Assembly (NCBI GenBank): GCA_031370645.1
Contig: JANMQV010000006.1
Location: 1 to 64,000, forward strand
Length of the DNA stretch: 64,000 nucleotides
Reading direction: 5' to 3'
From: Candidatus Eiseniibacteriota bacterium
Lineage (GTDB): Bacteria > Eisenbacteria > RBG-16-71-46 > SZUA-252
The notes under the pieces were generated by a model that worked only from the letters and a program-made list of their open reading frames with translations, was not told the DNA's origin and searched no databases. The first letter of the stretch is position 1. Each line of letters starts with the position of its first letter. Below are positions 19,285 to 35,322 of this stretch, one piece after another. The position numbers and the translations under genes were made by a program.

Positions 19285-20852
19285 CGAACGGCTCCTTTCG
19301 TCTCAAACGGCGCGACGTCCGCCGCGTCGGCGGCGGCGGCGCTCGCGATCCATGAGTCGAGGCGTTCCAAGTCTTGATCGAGGCGCCGGTCCCCCGTCAG
19401 CGGAGGCACGAGCGCGCGGACGCCGGCGTGGAGCGCTTCGAGCGGCGCGCTTGAACGATGCGGCCGAAGCGACTCGATCCCCTGCGCGGCGCAGAGGAGT
19501 TCCGCCGCCACGATGCGGCGAACATTCCGAACGAGCGCGAGCGCCTTGATCGCGGCGTGCATGGCGAAGCTCACGTGATCCTCCTGCCCCGCCGACGAAG
19601 GGATCGAATCGACCGAGGCGGGGTGCGCCAGCGCCTTGTTCTCCGATACGAGCGCCGCCTGGAGATATTGAACGATCATGAGGCCCGACTCGAGCCCCGG
19701 ATTCGTCGCGAGGAAGGGAGGAAGCCCGCTCTTCGACGACTCCAAGAGCAGGTAGCTCCGCCGCTCGGCGATCGATCCGACTTCGGCGAGGCCGATCGCC
19801 AGGAAGTCGAGCGCCTGCGCGATGGGCTGGCCGTGAAAATTCCCGGCCGACACGACCTCGGGGCTCGCGGCGCCCGGCGTGGCGTCGGCGAGGCAGAGCG
19901 GATTGTCGGTGACGCTGTTCATTTCGATCACGAGCCGGTCGCGCGCGAACCACGCCGCTTCGATGGAAGCGCCGAGCACTTGCGGCGCGCAGCGGAAGGA
20001 GTAGGGATCTTGCACGCGGTCGCAGTCGGCGTGGGACGCTACGATCTCGCTGCCGTCGAGGAGCCGGCGAACGGCCGCGGCGGAGGCGATCTGCCCCGCG
20101 TGCGGACGGAGGGCGTGGACGCGCGCGTCGAACGGTTTCGGACTCCCGCGCATCGCTTCTACCGACAGCGCGCAAGCCGCGTGCGCCGCGCGGAGCACTT
20201 CGAATCCTTCGTGGAGCGCCAGAATGCCGACCGCCGTGGCCGCCTGCGTCCCGTTGATGAGCGCGAGCCCCTCTTTCGCCGCAAGCGCGAGTGGCGCGAT
20301 CCCCGCGTCGCGCAGGTGCTCGGCGGCCGGCGCCGCTCGTCCGGCGCGCCGCGCTTCCCCTTCCCCGATGACCACCAGCGCGAGATGGGCGAGCGGGATC
20401 AGATCGCCGCTCGCGCCGAGCGAACCCTTGCTCGGGACGATGGGGAGGATGTCGCGTTCGCGTAGTTCGAGAAGTCGCGCGACGAGTTCGGGGCGAACTC
20501 CGCTCGCGCCGAGCGAAAGGGAGTGGGCGCGAAGCGCGAGCATCAGGCGAACCACGGAGGGCTCGAGTTCCGGCCCCGCGCCCGCCGCGTGGCTTCGGAG
20601 GAGATTGACCTGCAGCGCCGCCAGGTCGCCGTCGGCGATGCGGACCGACTTGAGCGCTCCAAACCCGGTGTTGACGCCGTAGACGGCGGCCCCTCGGCGA
20701 AGCGAGTCGTCGACGAGCGCGCGCGAAGGGGCCATCCGTCCGGCCGCGCCGGCGTCAAGCCGCGCGGGAGCACCCGATGCGAGCGCGCGAGCGTCGTTGA
20801 AGGTGAGCGCGCGTCCCCCGATGGGGACCGGGGCCGGGGTCACGCTGGACAC
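19281..20852 (-). CDS. hutH: Histidine ammonia-lyase
   Basis: [12 protein letters not shown] motif [44 protein letters not shown]. Start GTG 20852 (GGAGG RBS) or 20843 (GTGA overlap). Confidence 0.93.
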   Translation of the reverse strand: MSSVTPAPVPIGGRALTFNDARALASGAPARLDAGAAGRMAPSRALVDDSLRRGAAVYGVNTGFGALKSVRIADGDLAALQVNLLRSHAAGAGPELEPSVVRLMLALRAHSLSLGASGVRPELVARLLELRERDILPIVPSKGSLGASGDLIPLAHLALVVIGEGEARRAGRAAPAAEHLRDAGIAPLALAAKEGLALINGTQAATAVGILALHEGFEVLRAAHAACALSVEAMRGSPKPFDARVHALRPHAGQIASAAAVRRLLDGSEIVASHADCDRVQDPYSFRCAPQVLGASIEAAWFARDRLVIEMNSVTDNPLCLADATPGAASPEVVSAGNFHGQPIAQALDFLAIGLAEVGSIAERRSYLLLESSKSGLPPFLATNPGLESGLMIVQYLQAALVSENKALAHPASVDSIPSSAGQEDHVSFAMHAAIKALALVRNVRRIVAAELLCAAQGIESLRPHRSSAPLEALHAGVRALVPPLTGDRRLDQDLERLDSWIASAAAADAADVAPFETKGAVR

Positions 20853-22948
20853 GGGAGAGCCTCCATTTCGATGAAGTCGCGAACCAGCGCGGCCGCCTCG
20901 GCGGGCGTCCGCGCGACGGCCGGACGCGACGGAAGCACCGCGACGAACCGCGCGCCGTATCCCGCGCGAAGAAGGCGAGGATCCGCGACCAGCACGGCGC
21001 CGCGATCGCTCGCGCTTCGAATGAGACGTCCTACTCCCTGGCGGAAACGAAGAATCGCCTCCGGGAGCATCAGCTCCTTGAAAGGGTCGCCTCCCTCGGC
21101 GACGATTCGCTCCGACCGGGCTTCGACGACCGGATCGGTCGGCACCGGGAACGGCAGCCGCGCGATGATGAGGATCTCGAGCGACGCGCCCGGGAAATCG
21201 ACGCCTTCCCAAAACGACGCCGTTCCGAGCAGCACGCTCCCCGGCCGATCGCGGAAGGCGTCGGCCAGTGGTGCTGCCGGAGCGCCCGGCGTCTGCGCCA
21301 GAAGCGGAACGCCGAGCGACGCGAGCGGTACCCGGAGGCGTGTCGCCAAACTCTCCAGCATCGAGAACGACGTGAGGAGAACGAGCGTGCTCCGGCGAAG
21401 CGCCGAAAGCGATAGCACCGCGGACGCGAGCCCGTCCACGTACGCGGCGTCGTTCGGCGCGCTCCCCTCGAGCACGACCGTTCGAACCATTCGCTCGAGC
21501 GGGAAGGGTGATTCCAGGCACTCGCACTCCGCCTCGGTCGGCTCGAGCCCGAGGGCGCGGAGTGTCGGTGCGAAGTCGCGTTCCGGCGCCATTGTGGCCG
21601 ACGTCAAGAGCACGCGCTCGGCGTGGGCGAAGATGCTGTCGCGGAGCACGCCTCCGACCCGAAGCGGCCGGCGATTGAGGCGCGGCGTTCCCCGCTCGTC
21701 GCGGTCGAGGAAGAACGCGTGATCGCGCTCCTCCACGCGAACCACGGCGCGAAGCGCCTGTTCGGTCTCGATCCACGCGGCCACGCGCGCGCGCCCTTCG
21801 GCGAGCGCGTCGTCCGAGCCGGGGCGGAGCACTCCCGTCTCCGTCTCCGCCTCGTGAAGCGCCCGCTCCAGCGCGCGAATGAGCGTTCCGAGCGCGCCGA
21901 GGAGGAGATCGAGCGCTGCGGGGCTCACGGTCGCGAGGTCGACGTCGGCGCCGAGCCGCGCCGCGGCGACGCCGTCGGGGAGAAGTGCCGCGAGATCGCG
22001 CGTGAGCGCCGCCGTGTGATCGAGCACGGGACGGAGCGCTTGGTCTGCTTCCACGATCCGTTCGGCGACTCCGGAGGAGCGGCCGCGCCGAAGGGAACGG
22101 GAGAGGAGCCGGAGCGCGCCGTTTCGCGCGTCGGTCCGCGCCGCCAATCGCGCCACGTCCTGCATCCCCACGGTCACGCCAAAGGTTTCGCGCGCGACGC
22201 GTTCGAATTGATGCGCTTCATCCAGAATCAAGGCCCCCGCTTCGGCGACGACCGACTGGCGGAGTCCCGCGTCGGAGAGAAGAAGCGCGTGATTCAGAAT
22301 GATCACGTCCGCCTTCCGCGCTTCGCGCCGAGCCGCCTTGGCGAAGCAGCCCGAGGCGGGATCGCAATCGGGGCCCGAGCAGAAGATTGGATCGGAAGCG
22401 ATCTCGGCCGCGAGCGACGAACCGGGTCCGAGCCCCACGCCGAGCCCGAGTGTCGCCAGTTCCTCTAACTCCCCCTTCCTCGTGTGTTCGATCCACGACT
22501 CCAGCCGCTCCAGGGCTTCCCCGTCGAGCGGCGCTCCCCCTCCCGCGAAGAGCCGTCGCTGCCGGAGCCGCGCCTGCGCGCGCCGGCGGCAGAGATAGGA
22601 GGCGCGACCCTTCAGCGTGGCGGCGCGCACGGGGCGGCCGAGCGCGCGCGACGCGAGGGGAACGTCTCGCGTGATCAACTGCTCTTGGAGCGCCTTCGTG
22701 TGGGTGGAGACGACGATCGGACCCGACCCGCCGGCACGGAGCAGAAGCGCGGGGAGGAGATAGGCGAGCGATTTCCCGACGCCGGTCGGCGCCTCGATCG
22801 CGAGGACGCCGCGATGAAGCAGAAGTTCCGCCCATCGCCGGGCCATGCGGGCCTGGGCTGGGCGGTGCTCGAATTCCGGCGCGTCGCGTTCGAGGCGCTC
22901 GAACGCCTCCTCGACCGTCGCTACGAGATCGAAATCGCGCGAGTTCAT
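20840..22948 (-). CDS. dinG: DinG/YoaA-family Fe-S helicase
   Basis: Q motif RPAQ, EAPTGVGKSLAYL, four Cys (YLC...FCSGPDC...GCF), DEAH, TSAT, FWEGVDFPG, QGVGRLIR. Confidence 0.9.
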   Translation of the reverse strand: MNSRDFDLVATVEEAFERLERDAPEFEHRPAQARMARRWAELLLHRGVLAIEAPTGVGKSLAYLLPALLLRAGGSGPIVVSTHTKALQEQLITRDVPLASRALGRPVRAATLKGRASYLCRRRAQARLRQRRLFAGGGAPLDGEALERLESWIEHTRKGELEELATLGLGVGLGPGSSLAAEIASDPIFCSGPDCDPASGCFAKAARREARKADVIILNHALLLSDAGLRQSVVAEAGALILDEAHQFERVARETFGVTVGMQDVARLAARTDARNGALRLLSRSLRRGRSSGVAERIVEADQALRPVLDHTAALTRDLAALLPDGVAAARLGADVDLATVSPAALDLLLGALGTLIRALERALHEAETETGVLRPGSDDALAEGRARVAAWIETEQALRAVVRVEERDHAFFLDRDERGTPRLNRRPLRVGGVLRDSIFAHAERVLLTSATMAPERDFAPTLRALGLEPTEAECECLESPFPLERMVRTVVLEGSAPNDAAYVDGLASAVLSLSALRRSTLVLLTSFSMLESLATRLRVPLASLGVPLLAQTPGAPAAPLADAFRDRPGSVLLGTASFWEGVDFPGASLEILIIARLPFPVPTDPVVEARSERIVAEGGDPFKELMLPEAILRFRQGVGRLIRSASDRGAVLVADPRLLRAGYGARFVAVLPSRPAVARTPAEAAALVRDFIEMEALPCPA

Positions 22949-22995
22949 GAGCCTAGATCGTTCGGGGATAGGAAGATCGGACGGTTGACCGCTTC

Positions 22996-23024
22996 AACCT
23001 ACGGGAGGAGGGCGGGGTTGTCAA
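22996..23024 (-). promoter_or_regulatory. Sigma-70-type promoter of the dinG-hut operon
   Basis: TTGACA-N17-TAGGTT on the minus strand; the -35 box overlaps the TGA stop of the upstream gene. Confidence 0.7.
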
Positions 23025-24516
23025 CGCGGGCCATTTCCGGCCGCGCGGAGGGCTTTGTCGAGCGCCTCGCCGCGGCGGCCCACGACCTCCGGAGCGGCCG
23101 CCACGTCGGCCTCGGACGTGTTGAAGTTGACGATGCAGGCGCGAAGCACGTAGCGGCCATCGAGGACCGCGTTCGAGACGAAGATCTCTCCTCCCCGCTG
23201 AAGATCGTCGAGGAGAGCCTGGTTCAGGCGGCTCAGGTATTCCTCGGAAGCCGCTTCGCCGCGGCGCGAGCGGAGGTCGGCGGGAACGTAGCGGAAGGTG
23301 ACGATGCTGAGTTCGGTGGTGAGCACTTCGAGCAGGTCGTGCTTCTCGATGGCGCGCGCCATCGATCGCGCGAGGAGAATGTCGTCGGAGATCATGCGCC
23401 GATGCCCTGAAGCTCCGGCGTGGCGGAAGGAGAGCCACACCTTGAGTGCCCGAAAGCCGCGCGAATTCTGCATGCCGTAGTCGACGAAGTTCACCGACTT
23501 CTCTTCGAAGTGGTAGTAGGGAGGATGGTAGGAGAAGGCGGCGCGGTGAAGCACCGGATCGCGAACGAGCGCGCATCCCGCTTCGAGCGGCGCGTAGAGC
23601 CACTTGTGGGGATCGACCGCGACGGAATCGGCCTCGGAGAGTCCGCGAAGATCGCCGGGCGCCTCCGGCACGGCGGCGGCGATGCCGCCGTAGGCGCCGT
23701 CGACGTGGAACCAGAGCCCCTCCCGCCGGCAGAACGCCGCGAGCGCGGGGAGCGGGTCGACGGCGCCCGTGCTGACCGAGCCACCGGTGCCGACGACCAG
23801 GAACGGGATGTCTCCGGCGGCGCGATCGGCCGCCACCTGGCGCTCGAGTTCATCAAGTCGCAGACGCTGCGATCCATCCGTCTCGATCCATCGAATCGAA
23901 TCGGTGCCGAGACCCGAGAGATCGGCGGCCTTCTGAATCCACGTGTGCGTCTCCTTCGAGGCGTACGAGCGAAGCCGGCCGCATCCCGCCGGCATGGCGC
24001 CGTCGCGCTGCACCGCCCACGGCGCCTTCGCCGCGCGCGCCGCGAAGAAGCAGACGAGATTCGCCATGTTCCCACCGCTCACGAGAACGCCGCCGCACGT
24101 CTCGGGATATCCGATGAACTGGGTGATCCAGCGGACGGTCTGCACCTCGATCTCCGTTGCAGCGGGCGAGAGCGACCAGCCGCCGGCATTCGGATTCACC
24201 GCCGCGCCGATGAGATCGGCAAACATGCCGATCGGCGCGGGCGAGGAGGTGATGTAGCCCCAGAACCGGGGATGTCCGTTGAAGAGGGAGTGATCGAAGA
24301 GGAGCCGCGTCGATTCTTCGAGCAGCGCGGCCGGATCGCTCCCCTCCTCCGGAAGCGGCGCGTCGGTGCCGAGCGCGGCGCGCACCTGCGAGGGGCGCTC
24401 GCCGGGCGTCACCGGTCCTCGCGGGATCGCCTCCAGCCGGTCGGCGAGTTGGTCCACGAGGCGGTGGCCCAGCGCGCGGAATTCGGCGGAGGGAATGGCG
24501 AGCGGGCGCTGACGGC

Positions 24517-24520
<4 letters not shown>
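23021..24520 (-). CDS. Group II PLP-dependent amino-acid decarboxylase (DDC/GadA family)
   Basis: HPRFWGYI, SPAATEIE, SGGNMAN, GAVDPL, WFHVDGAYG, DPHKWLY (PLP lysine), SRGFRALKVW. Confidence 0.88.
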
Positions 24521-29196
<4,676 letters not shown>

Positions 29197-29197
<1 letters not shown>

Positions 29198-32100
29198 CAG
29201 AACGAACTCCGGAGTTCGAGCCGCGCGGTGTAGCTGCCGGTGCCGCTCGGAACGGCCGCGCCGTTCACTCCAAGCGTCAGCTGAAGCCGGTCGCGCATCG
29301 TCCACTCGGAGAGAAGATCGTAATCGAGCCGCCCCCCGAGCACGGGTGCGAGAAAGGCTCCCGACGGCGCGTAGGATCCGTTCCGTTCGGTCTTCCCCCA
29401 GAGCGCTCGCGCGTCGACGCGAAGACGTCCCCCGGAAGCGCAACGGATCGCGGGGCCGGCCGACCAGGTCGTCTGCGTCCCGCCTCGAAGCGCGTCGCGA
29501 TCCAGCCGATGCCTCCCGATGAGCGAGAGATTCCACTGCGGTCCCGCGGCCCGAGAGAGTTCGACCTCAGCACCTCGTCCCGTGAGGCGGCTCCGGGCCC
29601 GGTCGGGCGAGTCGGAGCGAGTCGATGCGTAGCGGCTCTGATCGATGGTGATGCGCTCGGAGAGCCGGAGACGCGCCGGCAACGGATGGCGCGCTCGAAG
29701 CGTCGCGTCGCGCGAATCGCGGCCGACGCGCAGGTTCTCGAGATCGCCCAGGAGTTCTCGGCGCGCTCCCGCCTCGGCACGAAGTTCGTAGCGGGCGCCG
29801 GCGGGGACGAATTCGAGCGTCTGGCGCCCGCTCCATTCCCCGCGAATCGTGGCGTCGCCGTCGAGGTAGTCGCTGAATCGGAACGCGCGCTCCAGCCGCC
29901 CGAGCGGGAGGCGCGACTGGCTGTCGAGGCGAAGAAGCGTGCTCGCGCCGAGCGCGCGCCACCAGGCTCGCCGCGCGGCCGGCGTCCGCGCCGCCCGTGC
30001 GGGGTAGGCGTCGAGCCGCCACTGCCACGAGGCCTTTGTTCTCGTCGCCTCCGGGCCCGTCACGCTCACGAACTCGTAGCCCCCTCCCGGGGAGAGCGTG
30101 CCGGTCGCGTCGTAGGAGCCGAGCCCCGGGCCGAGGGCGACGAGCGAGCGCTGCCGTTCTGGCTCCCGCACCTGTGAAACATCCCACCGGACTTCGCTCG
30201 TGAGGGCGCCTCCCGCTCGGCCTCCGGTGAGGACAACCTGAGCGAGATCGGTGTCGGTGCCGCCGCTCGCTCCGCGCGACCGCCGGCGCGAGAGCGAGGC
30301 GTCGACCGTGACGAGGTCCGCGCGAACCGTGGCGCCGCCATCGAACGCGACCGAGCGGCGGGTCCGATCCCCCTGCGAAAGGTTCACCTCGAGCGGGGCT
30401 TCGAGATCCCGCCGCCAGGTGACCCCGCCGCGGAATCGCATCGCGGTGGCCGGCGAGAGGACGACGCTGCTCGAGGCGAAGCGCGTGTCGCGGCGCGCGA
30501 CCGAGTCGCCGTCCGCGCCCGACACCCGCTCTGATCCGGCGCGAAGGTGCGGCTGTACCACGCCTCGGTCGCGGCCGAGATCGAGACCCCAACGTGCACG
30601 CCTCCCCGCACCGCTCGCGCCGTCATTTCTCGCCTCCTCCCATCGCGCCGTCCCCCCTACGAAGCCGCGCCACTCCGCCTCGGCGGCTCGCCTCGTGGAG
30701 CGGGCGCCGTCGGCGAGACGCCGGTGGCCCCATTCGCCCCGAAGGCTCGCGGCGTTCGAGGCGTCGTATTGCGCCGTCGCTTCGTAGCGTCGCTCTCCCA
30801 CGTCGCCCGAGCGCTGATTCCAGCGATCCCCTTCGAACGCCGCGTCAACCCGATCGAACGAGGTGAACGATTCGTCGCGCGAACGAAGGGAGACCCCGGC
30901 GCGGAGCGCTCCCGCCTTCCGGCCGAAAAGCCGAAGCGGGCGCGGGTCGAGGCGAAGGGCCGCGCGCGCGGCGATACCGCCGTTGTCGCCGTCGTCGCGC
31001 GCGCTCAGGAGGTTTCGATCGAGCGAGGAGCGGGCGAACTCCGCGTCGAGCGAGACCGCACCGCCGAATCGCGTCGTGCCGCCCACATCGAAGAGCGCGG
31101 CCGCCGCCGGCACCGCGAGCGAACGGCCGGGGGTGAAGTCGCCGAGCGAAGACCCGATGTAGTGATAGTAGCGAGTACCGTCGACTCCGACCGTGTCGGC
31201 GTACGAGCCGCGCCCGGCGCCGACTTCGGAGAACTCGACATCGTGATCGCCTCCGCCCACGCCCAGGTAAACCCAGCGGGGAGCGGCGGCATCGCTTTCG
31301 TCCCACGCGTAGGAGCCGGCCCCCGGACCGACGTAGCGCACGCCGCTCGGGAGCGGCGCGTCGGCGGAGTCTCCCGCCCCGGAGAGCGCGTCACGGTCTT
31401 CGCGCGTCAATTCCGCGCCGAAGGGACGCTTCCAATCGTCCCCCTCGCGGAGGTAGGCCGCATACCAGTTCCGGCGGAGATCCCCTCCGCGCGTCGCCGC
31501 TGAATAGAGCTGCCGTTTGTAACGCGATGCCGCCTCCTCGTAGTCGACCGCGATTCGATTCGCGGCCGCGATCGGCCGACGCACCGTGAAGCTGATCGTG
31601 CCCGCGGAGTAGTCCATCACGTAATCGGCGTCGGCGCCGCGGCGAAGCTTGCCGCCGTCGAGCCAGACCGTCTCGCTCCCGGCCACGATGCCGCCGTCGC
31701 CCCCGCTCGAGACGGTGCGCGTGGTGAGAACGTACGGTCCCTGCTTCCCCTCTTCCCCGCGGAATTCGGCCGCGCGCCGCTCCCCTTTCGCACCGGCGGC
31801 GGTAACGTCCCAATGAGTCCCGCGCACGTTCGCCGCGCCGCGCACGCCTTGCAACTCTCGGCTTAGGCGCGCGAACTCTCCCGGGAACGCGTCGAGGCGG
31901 AAGTCGCCGAGCGTCGCCTCTCCGCCCGGCGCCCGAACGGCGAGCGAGAGACGGTCGAGATCGTCGAGTTCGCGCGTGGCGCCGTCGGGTTCGAACGGGA
32001 GCGCGCGATCGCTCAGAGTCGCGCTCACGTCGACGTCGCCCGCGATCCGGCCGCGGAGCGAAAGATCGAGCCCCTGAGAGAGCGTGGCGTCGCGGCGGCG

Positions 32101-32475
32101 GCCGAGTTCGACGGCGAACGATTTCGAGCCGCTCACCGTGATGCGATCCCCACTCGCGGCGGCGTCGCCCACCGTACCGGCGAAGGCGTCGCGCCGCAGC
32201 AGTGTCGCCGCGCCCTCCGCAGGAGCCGCGCCCCAGGCTTCGCGCGCCCCGGGTGGAAGTGACGCGGCGGCGGCAAGCGGCGCGCTCGCCCGGAGCAGGA
32301 GGAGGGAGGGCGAATTCCGCACCGGGAGGATGAGAACCGTCGAATCCGGTTCGGCGGGGGCATCACCGGCGGTGCGCGGCTCGGAGTCGTCCGAGGTGGG
32401 ACGCGCGAACGCGCCACCCGGGACGAGAACGAGCCACAGGGCCAGAAGCGCGCCGGTCTTCGCGCGGGCGCTCAT
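29197..32475 (-). CDS. Giant (about 1090 aa) putative outer-membrane beta-barrel protein
   Basis: Signal peptide, SGSKSF...SQGLDLSLRG...LSD, GKQGPY, GSETVWLDG...DYVMDYSAGTISF, many amphipathic strands, C-terminal F. ATG 32475 (ATGA overlap). Confidence 0.65.
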
Positions 32476-33503
32476 GGCGCGGCGCCCCGATCGATGGTGA
32501 AGATCCAAATCTCACCGCGCGTCTCATCGGCGACGGCGATTCGATCGTCCGGGCTCCAGGCGATCGCCCCGGGCCTCCACGCGTGCCGCTCCCCGCCGAG
32601 CCACCGGGTATGAAGTCGCGCGCCGTCCGACCCGAACACGAGAAGGCGCGCCCCCGCCGCATCGGCCACGTAGAGGGCGCCCGAGTCGTCGGCGGCCAGA
32701 TCGATCGGCTCGGCGGCGAGGGAATCTCCCGCCGGGATACCCGGCCCCACGCGCCCCGTCGCGTCGAACCGGCGGAGCGTTCCCGCTTCGCGATCGGCGA
32801 TCCACCCTCCTCCTTCGGGGAGAAAGACGGCGGCCGACGGCGAGCCGACCGACTCCTCGGGCGTGAGGAAGCGACCGGCGCGCCGGCGAAGAAGGCGCGA
32901 GTCGAGCGGGATCAAGTCGCGCGCGCGCGGCGCGAGGAGCCAGAGGTCGCCGTACGGATCGCGCAGGAGGCGTGCCTCGGGCGCGCGCGCCTCGTCGGCC
33001 AATTGAAGGTCGATGTCGCGCGTTCCGAGGTAGGCGGTGCGGCGGTCGTAGGCCAAGAGCGACGCGTGCGAGCGATCGAGCACGAGGAGCGATCCCCGCG
33101 CGTCGACGACGAGGTCGTGGGGTAGCGCCGAAGCCGGAGCGTCGTCGCCGAAAATGGTACCGAGGCCCGCCTCCGCCGCCGGCACGGTGGCCGCCCCGCG
33201 CGAGGGATCGCCGGCGCGAGGAGGGAGCGAAAGCCGTACGACGCGCCTCGCGCGCGCGTCGAGCACGTAGAGCGCGCCCTCTCCGTCGAACGCGAGCCGC
33301 GACGGGCGTTCGATGCCGGCCGCGCGGAGGCGATCGTGGTCGAGAAGGAGTTCCGCCCGCAGCGATCGCGGCGGCGCATCGGTGCGCCCGCGCCGTTCGA
33401 TGTCGGGGGTCGGGAGCGCATGAGCGGGGCGCGGGACGGCCGGAGCGGCGAGGAGGCAGGCGAAGCAGACGGCCGCGAGGGCCAACCCCGTAGTTCGGCT
33501 CAC
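32472..33503 (-). CDS. Exported NHL-repeat / beta-propeller protein
   Basis: Signal peptide; repeats PSRLAFDGEGALYVLD, PHDLVVDARGSLLVLD, PIDLAADDSGALYVAD, PGAIAWSPDDRIAVAD. Confidence 0.8.
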   Translation of the reverse strand: MSRTTGLALAAVCFACLLAAPAVPRPAHALPTPDIERRGRTDAPPRSLRAELLLDHDRLRAAGIERPSRLAFDGEGALYVLDARARRVVRLSLPPRAGDPSRGAATVPAAEAGLGTIFGDDAPASALPHDLVVDARGSLLVLDRSHASLLAYDRRTAYLGTRDIDLQLADEARAPEARLLRDPYGDLWLLAPRARDLIPLDSRLLRRRAGRFLTPEESVGSPSAAVFLPEGGGWIADREAGTLRRFDATGRVGPGIPAGDSLAAEPIDLAADDSGALYVADAAGARLLVFGSDGARLHTRWLGGERHAWRPGAIAWSPDDRIAVADETRGEIWIFTIDRGAAP

Positions 33504-33576
33504 GATGTCGGGACCCTCCGGATGTCTCCAGGGCCCGGCGGCGGATTCGCCGTTCGCCGGGGTGAGGGCCGGGGCG

Positions 33577-34470
33577 CTAAAAGCGGCGGAGGAGGATGAC
33601 GCGCGCGCCGCCGTCCGGCGTGGCGTCGGCCAGGAGGCGCGTTCCCTCGTCGAGCCGCGCCTGCCCGTCCTTCATGAGGCGACGATGCAGGACCTGCGTG
33701 TCGATCGCGCTCACGAGACGATTGAGGATCGCCGCGGCGAACGAGTACTTCGCGCGGTCGTAGGCTCGATTGGACGAAGCGCGCGTGGTCCGATACGACT
33801 TCTGAAGTTCCGCGCTGCTCCAGTTCCAGGCGCGGTCGCCCGACGGCAGATTCTTCGCCACGTAGTCGTCCTGCGCCGCGGGGTCGTCGGGAAATTGGTC
33901 GCGCGCATCGCGGCGCACGGTCTCTTCGTAGCTTCCCGGGCCGGAGCCGCTCGAGCGCTCGTACTGTCCCACCAACTTCCAGTAGCTATCGCTCTCGCTG
34001 CCGGTCCCCACGCCCGCGTTCAATTGAGCCTGTTCGATGTAATCGTCGCGGCGAAGTCTCCCCGCCACTTCGAACCAGACGTAGTGCGTCCAGATGAGCC
34101 CTTCCGCGGCGAAGAATCCGGCAGCGCGTCCGCGCGCGCCGAGCGAGAGTTCGCCGGCGCCGGGAAGGAGAAGCGAATAGAGCAGAGCCTTCCGCTTCCC
34201 GGGACGCTTGGCCGGCGCCGAATCCGTCGTCGGAGCCGGCGGAGCATCCTGTCGCGTGAACGACGCCTCAGCCATCGCCGACGCCGAACGGTCGGCACCG
34301 GCGTCGCGCGCGGCGAGTTCGAGCGGTGTGGAGACGGGCAGGTGGAGCGAAGACGACGTGGCGGCAGGCTCGGCGAGCGCACGCGCGGCCGCCGGCAAGG
34401 CGACCAGGAGTGAGAACGCCGCGGCGAGCGCGCTAGTAAAGGCGGCGCGTGACCGTGATCTTGAGCGCAT
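33577..34470 (-). CDS. DUF5683-like exported/membrane protein
   Basis: Signal peptide, KALLYSLLLPGAGELSLG, NRLVSAIDT, C-terminal F; paralog of the upstream gene. Start uncertain (38-bp overlap). Confidence 0.65.
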   Translation of the reverse strand: MRSRSRSRAAFTSALAAAFSLLVALPAAARALAEPAATSSSLHLPVSTPLELAARDAGADRSASAMAEASFTRQDAPPAPTTDSAPAKRPGKRKALLYSLLLPGAGELSLGARGRAAGFFAAEGLIWTHYVWFEVAGRLRRDDYIEQAQLNAGVGTGSESDSYWKLVGQYERSSGSGPGSYEETVRRDARDQFPDDPAAQDDYVAKNLPSGDRAWNWSSAELQKSYRTTRASSNRAYDRAKYSFAAAILNRLVSAIDTQVLHRRLMKDGQARLDEGTRLLADATPDGGARVILLRRF

Positions 34471-35299
34471 TTTCGTTGGAGAACGGCCTCGTGCGCATGT
34501 TGAACTTGATCTGCGTGCTGTTTCCGAGGTTGGCGCGGCCGCGGTTTTTGAGAAGGCGGAGCACGTCGACCGCGCTCACGATACGGTTCACGAACCCGCC
34601 CACGATCGCGTAGCGGGCGTTCTTCAGGAAATTATTGCTGTCGTTTCGAATCCCATAATAGAAGCGCCGCGTCGGCGCGTCGGCCGGAGGAACGGCGTAC
34701 CCCTCCCACCCGGTCCAGTAGATCGGGAGCTTGCCGATGTCCTCGTAGTACTGCTGCTTGTTGGTCTGCAGGAAGTTCTTGATGAGGTTGTCGGCATCGG
34801 AGCCTGGATTCGCAGGGTCGTACGCGATCCACCGCGCGTAGTCCCACTTGTCGTCGGCGTACGCCTCGTATTGATTTTCCTTCGTCTTGCCGCGGTCGTG
34901 ATAGTAGAGATACGTGACCCACGTCGCGCCTTCGAGCCCGAGGTGGATCCAGCCTCGCTTGTTCCCCGCGTAGAGATGCCCCGCGCCCGGCACGATCATG
35001 TTGAGGAGGAACGCGCGCCCCGGCGACTTCGCGACAGGAACGAGGTCTTCATCGTGAGCGGGTGTCGAGGCGACGGAACCCGGAGGCGCCACCGGTGGCG
35101 GGGAAACCGAGTCGGCGATGGCTCGCTGCGCGAGCAAAATCTCCCCGACGGAATTGATGCGGTAGTCGATGTCGGATGCGTGGGAAACTCCGGTGGCGAT
35201 GACTACCGAAAAGAGGCCCGCGAGGACCGCGATATAAACCTGGCGCAGGGTCAGAATCTGGTTTCCTAAAACCGGCCGGATGTGGGTTTCACCAAACAA
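34433..35299 (-). CDS. DUF5683-like exported/membrane protein
   Basis: KSPGRAFLLNMIVPGAGHLYAG, QQYYEDIGK, NRIVSAVD, C-terminal Y. The true start may be ATT 35257 or CTG 35254 (see findings). Confidence 0.7.
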   Translation of the reverse strand: MFGETHIRPVLGNQILTLRQVYIAVLAGLFSVVIATGVSHASDIDYRINSVGEILLAQRAIADSVSPPPVAPPGSVASTPAHDEDLVPVAKSPGRAFLLNMIVPGAGHLYAGNKRGWIHLGLEGATWVTYLYYHDRGKTKENQYEAYADDKWDYARWIAYDPANPGSDADNLIKNFLQTNKQQYYEDIGKLPIYWTGWEGYAVPPADAPTRRFYYGIRNDSNNFLKNARYAIVGGFVNRIVSAVDVLRLLKNRGRANLGNSTQIKFNMRTRPFSNENALKITVTRRLY

Positions 35300-35322
35300 G
35301 TTAATGATACCTCGGCAAGAGC

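Noticed and set aside
20853-21776. Apparent N-terminal extensions of HutH (and likewise PHP, PIG-L, rhomboid, Omp85, PorU, LigA)
   Set aside because: Alternative frames overlapping the upstream gene; coupled starts at stop codons explain the true boundaries.
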